Source of the DNA: Alphaproteobacteria bacterium
GTDB taxonomy: Bacteria > Pseudomonadota > Alphaproteobacteria > UBA828
DNA: 64,000 nt
Reading direction: 5' to 3'
Assembly (NCBI GenBank): GCA_963667785.2
Contig: CAXXMU010000002.1
Coordinates: forward strand, 896,001-960,000
The notes beneath the pieces were generated by a model. The model ran no database searches. It had not been told where the DNA came from and saw only the letters and a list, made by a program, of their open reading frames with translations. Shown one piece after another: positions 60,052-64,000 of the stretch; the first letter of the stretch is position 1; each line of letters starts with the position of its first letter. The translations under genes were made by a program, and so were the position numbers.

Positions 60052-61106
60052 CTAGGCGCGAACGAGCCTGATGCGGTAGCGGATCAGCGTGTCGCAGGCC
60101 AGGATGAGGAACAGCAGCATGCCCTGGAACACCTGGGTCGTCTTGTCGGAGATGCCGAGCTCCACCTGCACCCCCTCCCCGCCCATGTAGCTGATCGCGA
60201 GCAGGACGCCCGCGAAGAACACGCCGATCGGGTTCAGGCGGCCGACGAAGGCGACGATGATCGCGGTGAAGCCGTAGCCCGGCGAGACGTGCGGCTGCAG
60301 TTGACCGCTCGGGCCCGCGACTTCGCAGATGCCGGCGAGCCCGGCGAGCGCGCCCGACAGCATGAAGCAGAAGAGCACCACCCGCTTGCCCTTGAAGCCG
60401 GCGAACGCGCCCGCGCGCGGCGAGGTGCCGACGACGCGGATCTCGAATCCGCGCAGGGTCCGTCCCATCATGAAGGCGACGATGACCACCGCGGCGATGG
60501 CGAAGAGCGCGCCGATATGCACCCGTCCCTCGCCGAGCGGCGGGATGAGCTGCCAGCCCTCGAACAGTATGGACTGCGGGAAGTTGTAGCCGTCGGGGTC
60601 TCGCCAGGCTCCGCGAATCAGCCAGTCCAGCAGAAGCTGGGCGACGTAGACGAGCATCAGGCTCGTCAGGATCTCGTTGGCGGAGAAGCGGTTCTTCAGG
60701 AACGCCGGGATCGCGGCGAAGAGCGCCCCGCCGGCGATGCCGAGAACGAGCATGAGGATCAGGACCAGCGGCGACTGCCAGTCGGGGAAGTAGATCGGGA
60801 TGGAGGCGCCGACGAGGGCGCCCATGGTGAGCTGGCCCTCCGCGCCGATGTTCCAGACGTTGGCGGTGTAGCAGACGGCGAGGCCGACGCCGATGAGGAT
60901 GAGAGGCGCGGCCTTGACGATCACCTCCTCGATGGACCAGACGCTGGTCAGGGGCTCGATGAAGTAGATGTAGAGCGCTTCGCCGGGATCGAAGCCCAAG
61001 GCCACGAACATGACCGCACCCAGCGCGAGCGTGGCGGCGATCGCCAGCACGGGCGAGAGAAACGCCATCAGCGTCGAACGCTGGCTGCGCCTTTCCAGCC
61101 TGAGGA

Positions 61107-61110
<4 letters not shown>
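60052..61110 (-). CDS. Nucleoside/purine ABC permease
   Basis: WNIGAEGQ, NEILTSLML, GYGFTAIIVAFVGRLNP. Confidence 0.93.
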
Positions 61111-62696
<1,586 letters not shown>

Positions 62697-62720
62697 CCGT
62701 CCCGGACCCGCGACACGGGA

Positions 62721-63710
62721 CTAGGACGAGGCTTCCGCGCCGTGCGCCGCAGGCGCCATCGCGTCCCTGCGGCGCAGCAGGTCCGCGACCACCGACGCGG
62801 CGATGGCCGCCGGCTGCTTCGATGTGACACCGTCGATGCCGATCGGGCAGACCAGCGGCGCGATATCGTCGTCCCCCAGGCCCGCCTGACGCATGCGGCT
62901 GATGAAGCGGGCCTTCTTCGATGCCGAGCCGATCAGGCCGACATAGCCGAAGCGCCTCGCCTTGAGCGCGGCGAGGACGACGTCGAAGTCGAGCGCGTGG
63001 CTGTGCGACATCACCAGCACGAACGCGCCGTCGGGCAGGGCCGCCAGCTCGGCCGCCGGTTCCCCCGCCACCACGACGCGCACGTCGCCCGGCACGATGG
63101 AGGGAAACTCGTCCTTGCGCGGATCGATCCACACCACGCTGAAGTCGAGGGGAGCGAGCGCGAGGATCAAGGCGCGTCCCACATGGCCGGCGCCGACGAG
63201 CGCCAGGGCCTGCTTCCGCGTCCCGAAGCGCTCCAGCAGCCGTCCGTCGGCCGCCAGCAGGCTGCCGTCACCGCCCGGCAGATCGCCGTTCAGGATGCTC
63301 CGCTCCACGCGCTGCTCGCCGATCCGGCCCTCGGTGGCGAAGGGCCCCGCCCTCTCGGCATCGCAGAGCGCCTGCACCTCGGCGGCTTGTCCGGGCGTGA
63401 ACACTTCCAGGAGGATGCGCACAGAGCCGCCGCAGCACTGGCCGAGATCGGGGCCGAGCGCCATGCGGTCGAGGCCCACCGGAGGCGCGTCACCGTCCGC
63501 CCGGCCCGCCGCCAACGCCGTCCGGGCGCGCGCGATCGCCTGCCATTCCAGCTCGCCGCCGCCGATGGTGCCGGTGAACGAGCCGTCCTCCAGCACCACC
63601 ATGCGGGCGCCGGCCTCGCGCGGCGCGGACCCCTTCGCCTCGACGATGCTGACCATGGCGCAGCGCTGCTCGGCCTGCAGCGCCCGTCCGATGGTCGCCC
63701 AGGTGTTCAT
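62721..63710 (-). CDS. xdhC: Xanthine dehydrogenase accessory protein XdhC
   Basis: GSAPREAG, GTIGGGELE, LGPDLGQCCGG, GAGHVG, SHSHALD, GLIGS, CPIG. Confidence 0.93.
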   Translation of the reverse strand: MNTWATIGRALQAEQRCAMVSIVEAKGSAPREAGARMVVLEDGSFTGTIGGGELEWQAIARARTALAAGRADGDAPPVGLDRMALGPDLGQCCGGSVRILLEVFTPGQAAEVQALCDAERAGPFATEGRIGEQRVERSILNGDLPGGDGSLLAADGRLLERFGTRKQALALVGAGHVGRALILALAPLDFSVVWIDPRKDEFPSIVPGDVRVVVAGEPAAELAALPDGAFVLVMSHSHALDFDVVLAALKARRFGYVGLIGSASKKARFISRMRQAGLGDDDIAPLVCPIGIDGVTSKQPAAIAASVVADLLRRRDAMAPAAHGAEASS

Positions 63711-63719
63711 CTCATCGCC

Positions 63720-64000
63720 TCATGCGTCCTGCATGGAGCGGATCGCCCGGACGATCGCTTCCGGAGTCGCCGGGGCATCGAGCGCCGGCACACGGCCGGG
63801 ATTCAGGCCGGCGATGGCGTTCGAGATCGCCGAGAACACCGATATCGCCAGCATCAGGGGCGGCTCGCCGACCGCCTTCGAGCGGTAGATGGTTGCTTCC
63901 CTGTTGCCCTTGGAGTCCCACAGCGCAACCCTGAAGTCCTCCGGCACGTCGCTCGCCACCGGTATCTTATAGGTGGAGGGTGCGTGAGTCGTGAGCCGGC
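63720..64000 (-). CDS. xdhB: Xanthine dehydrogenase molybdopterin subunit, C-terminal fragment (5' end outside the window)
   Basis: THAPSTYKIP, IYRSKAVGEPPLML, LDAPATPE; directly upstream of xdhC. Confidence 0.92.
   Translation of the reverse strand, partial: RLTTHAPSTYKIPVASDVPEDFRVALWDSKGNREATIYRSKAVGEPPLMLAISVFSAISNAIAGLNPGRVPALDAPATPEAIVRAIRSMQDA

Overview
A GC-rich (about 70% on hand-counted lines), gene-dense bacterial chromosome segment, most consistent with an alphaproteobacterium (inferred from gene content and palindromic repeat families). It is dominated by solute uptake and catabolism: a Dpp/Opp ABC operon beside a GcvT-family dehydrogenase; a CYTH-CHAD protein; a sugar ABC operon with an embedded GMC oxidoreductase and small subunit, converging on a HisD-paralog (HpsN-like)/SDR operon; a Rieske oxygenase/CmcJ-NvfI/DMT/CoxG run; a CoxMSL-type molybdo-hydroxylase; hydantoin racemase, M20 deacylase and ATP-dependent hydantoinase A/B; a PotABC-type ABC system with two paralogous Tat-exported binding proteins; and a purine-catabolism cluster (xdhB-xdhC-BMP ABC-puuD-uraD-guaD). 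Most unusual: (1) a solo, strongly divergent GroEL-family chaperonin (no groES or CIRCE, Asn at the catalytic D398 position, no GGM tail, apparent leaderless promoter) embedded in the hydantoinase/ABC region, beside binding proteins with long, conserved pre-Tat extensions; (2) a low-GC standalone ABC-ATPase+TOPRIM (OLD/fused-PARIS-like) candidate defence gene; (3) a 66-bp tandem duplication of a 5' leader; (4) a CoxL-like subunit with an atypical PYRGCGR active-site loop. No rRNA, tRNA, CRISPR array, transposase or integrase was recognised. All family calls are by-eye motif recognition; no database searches were run.
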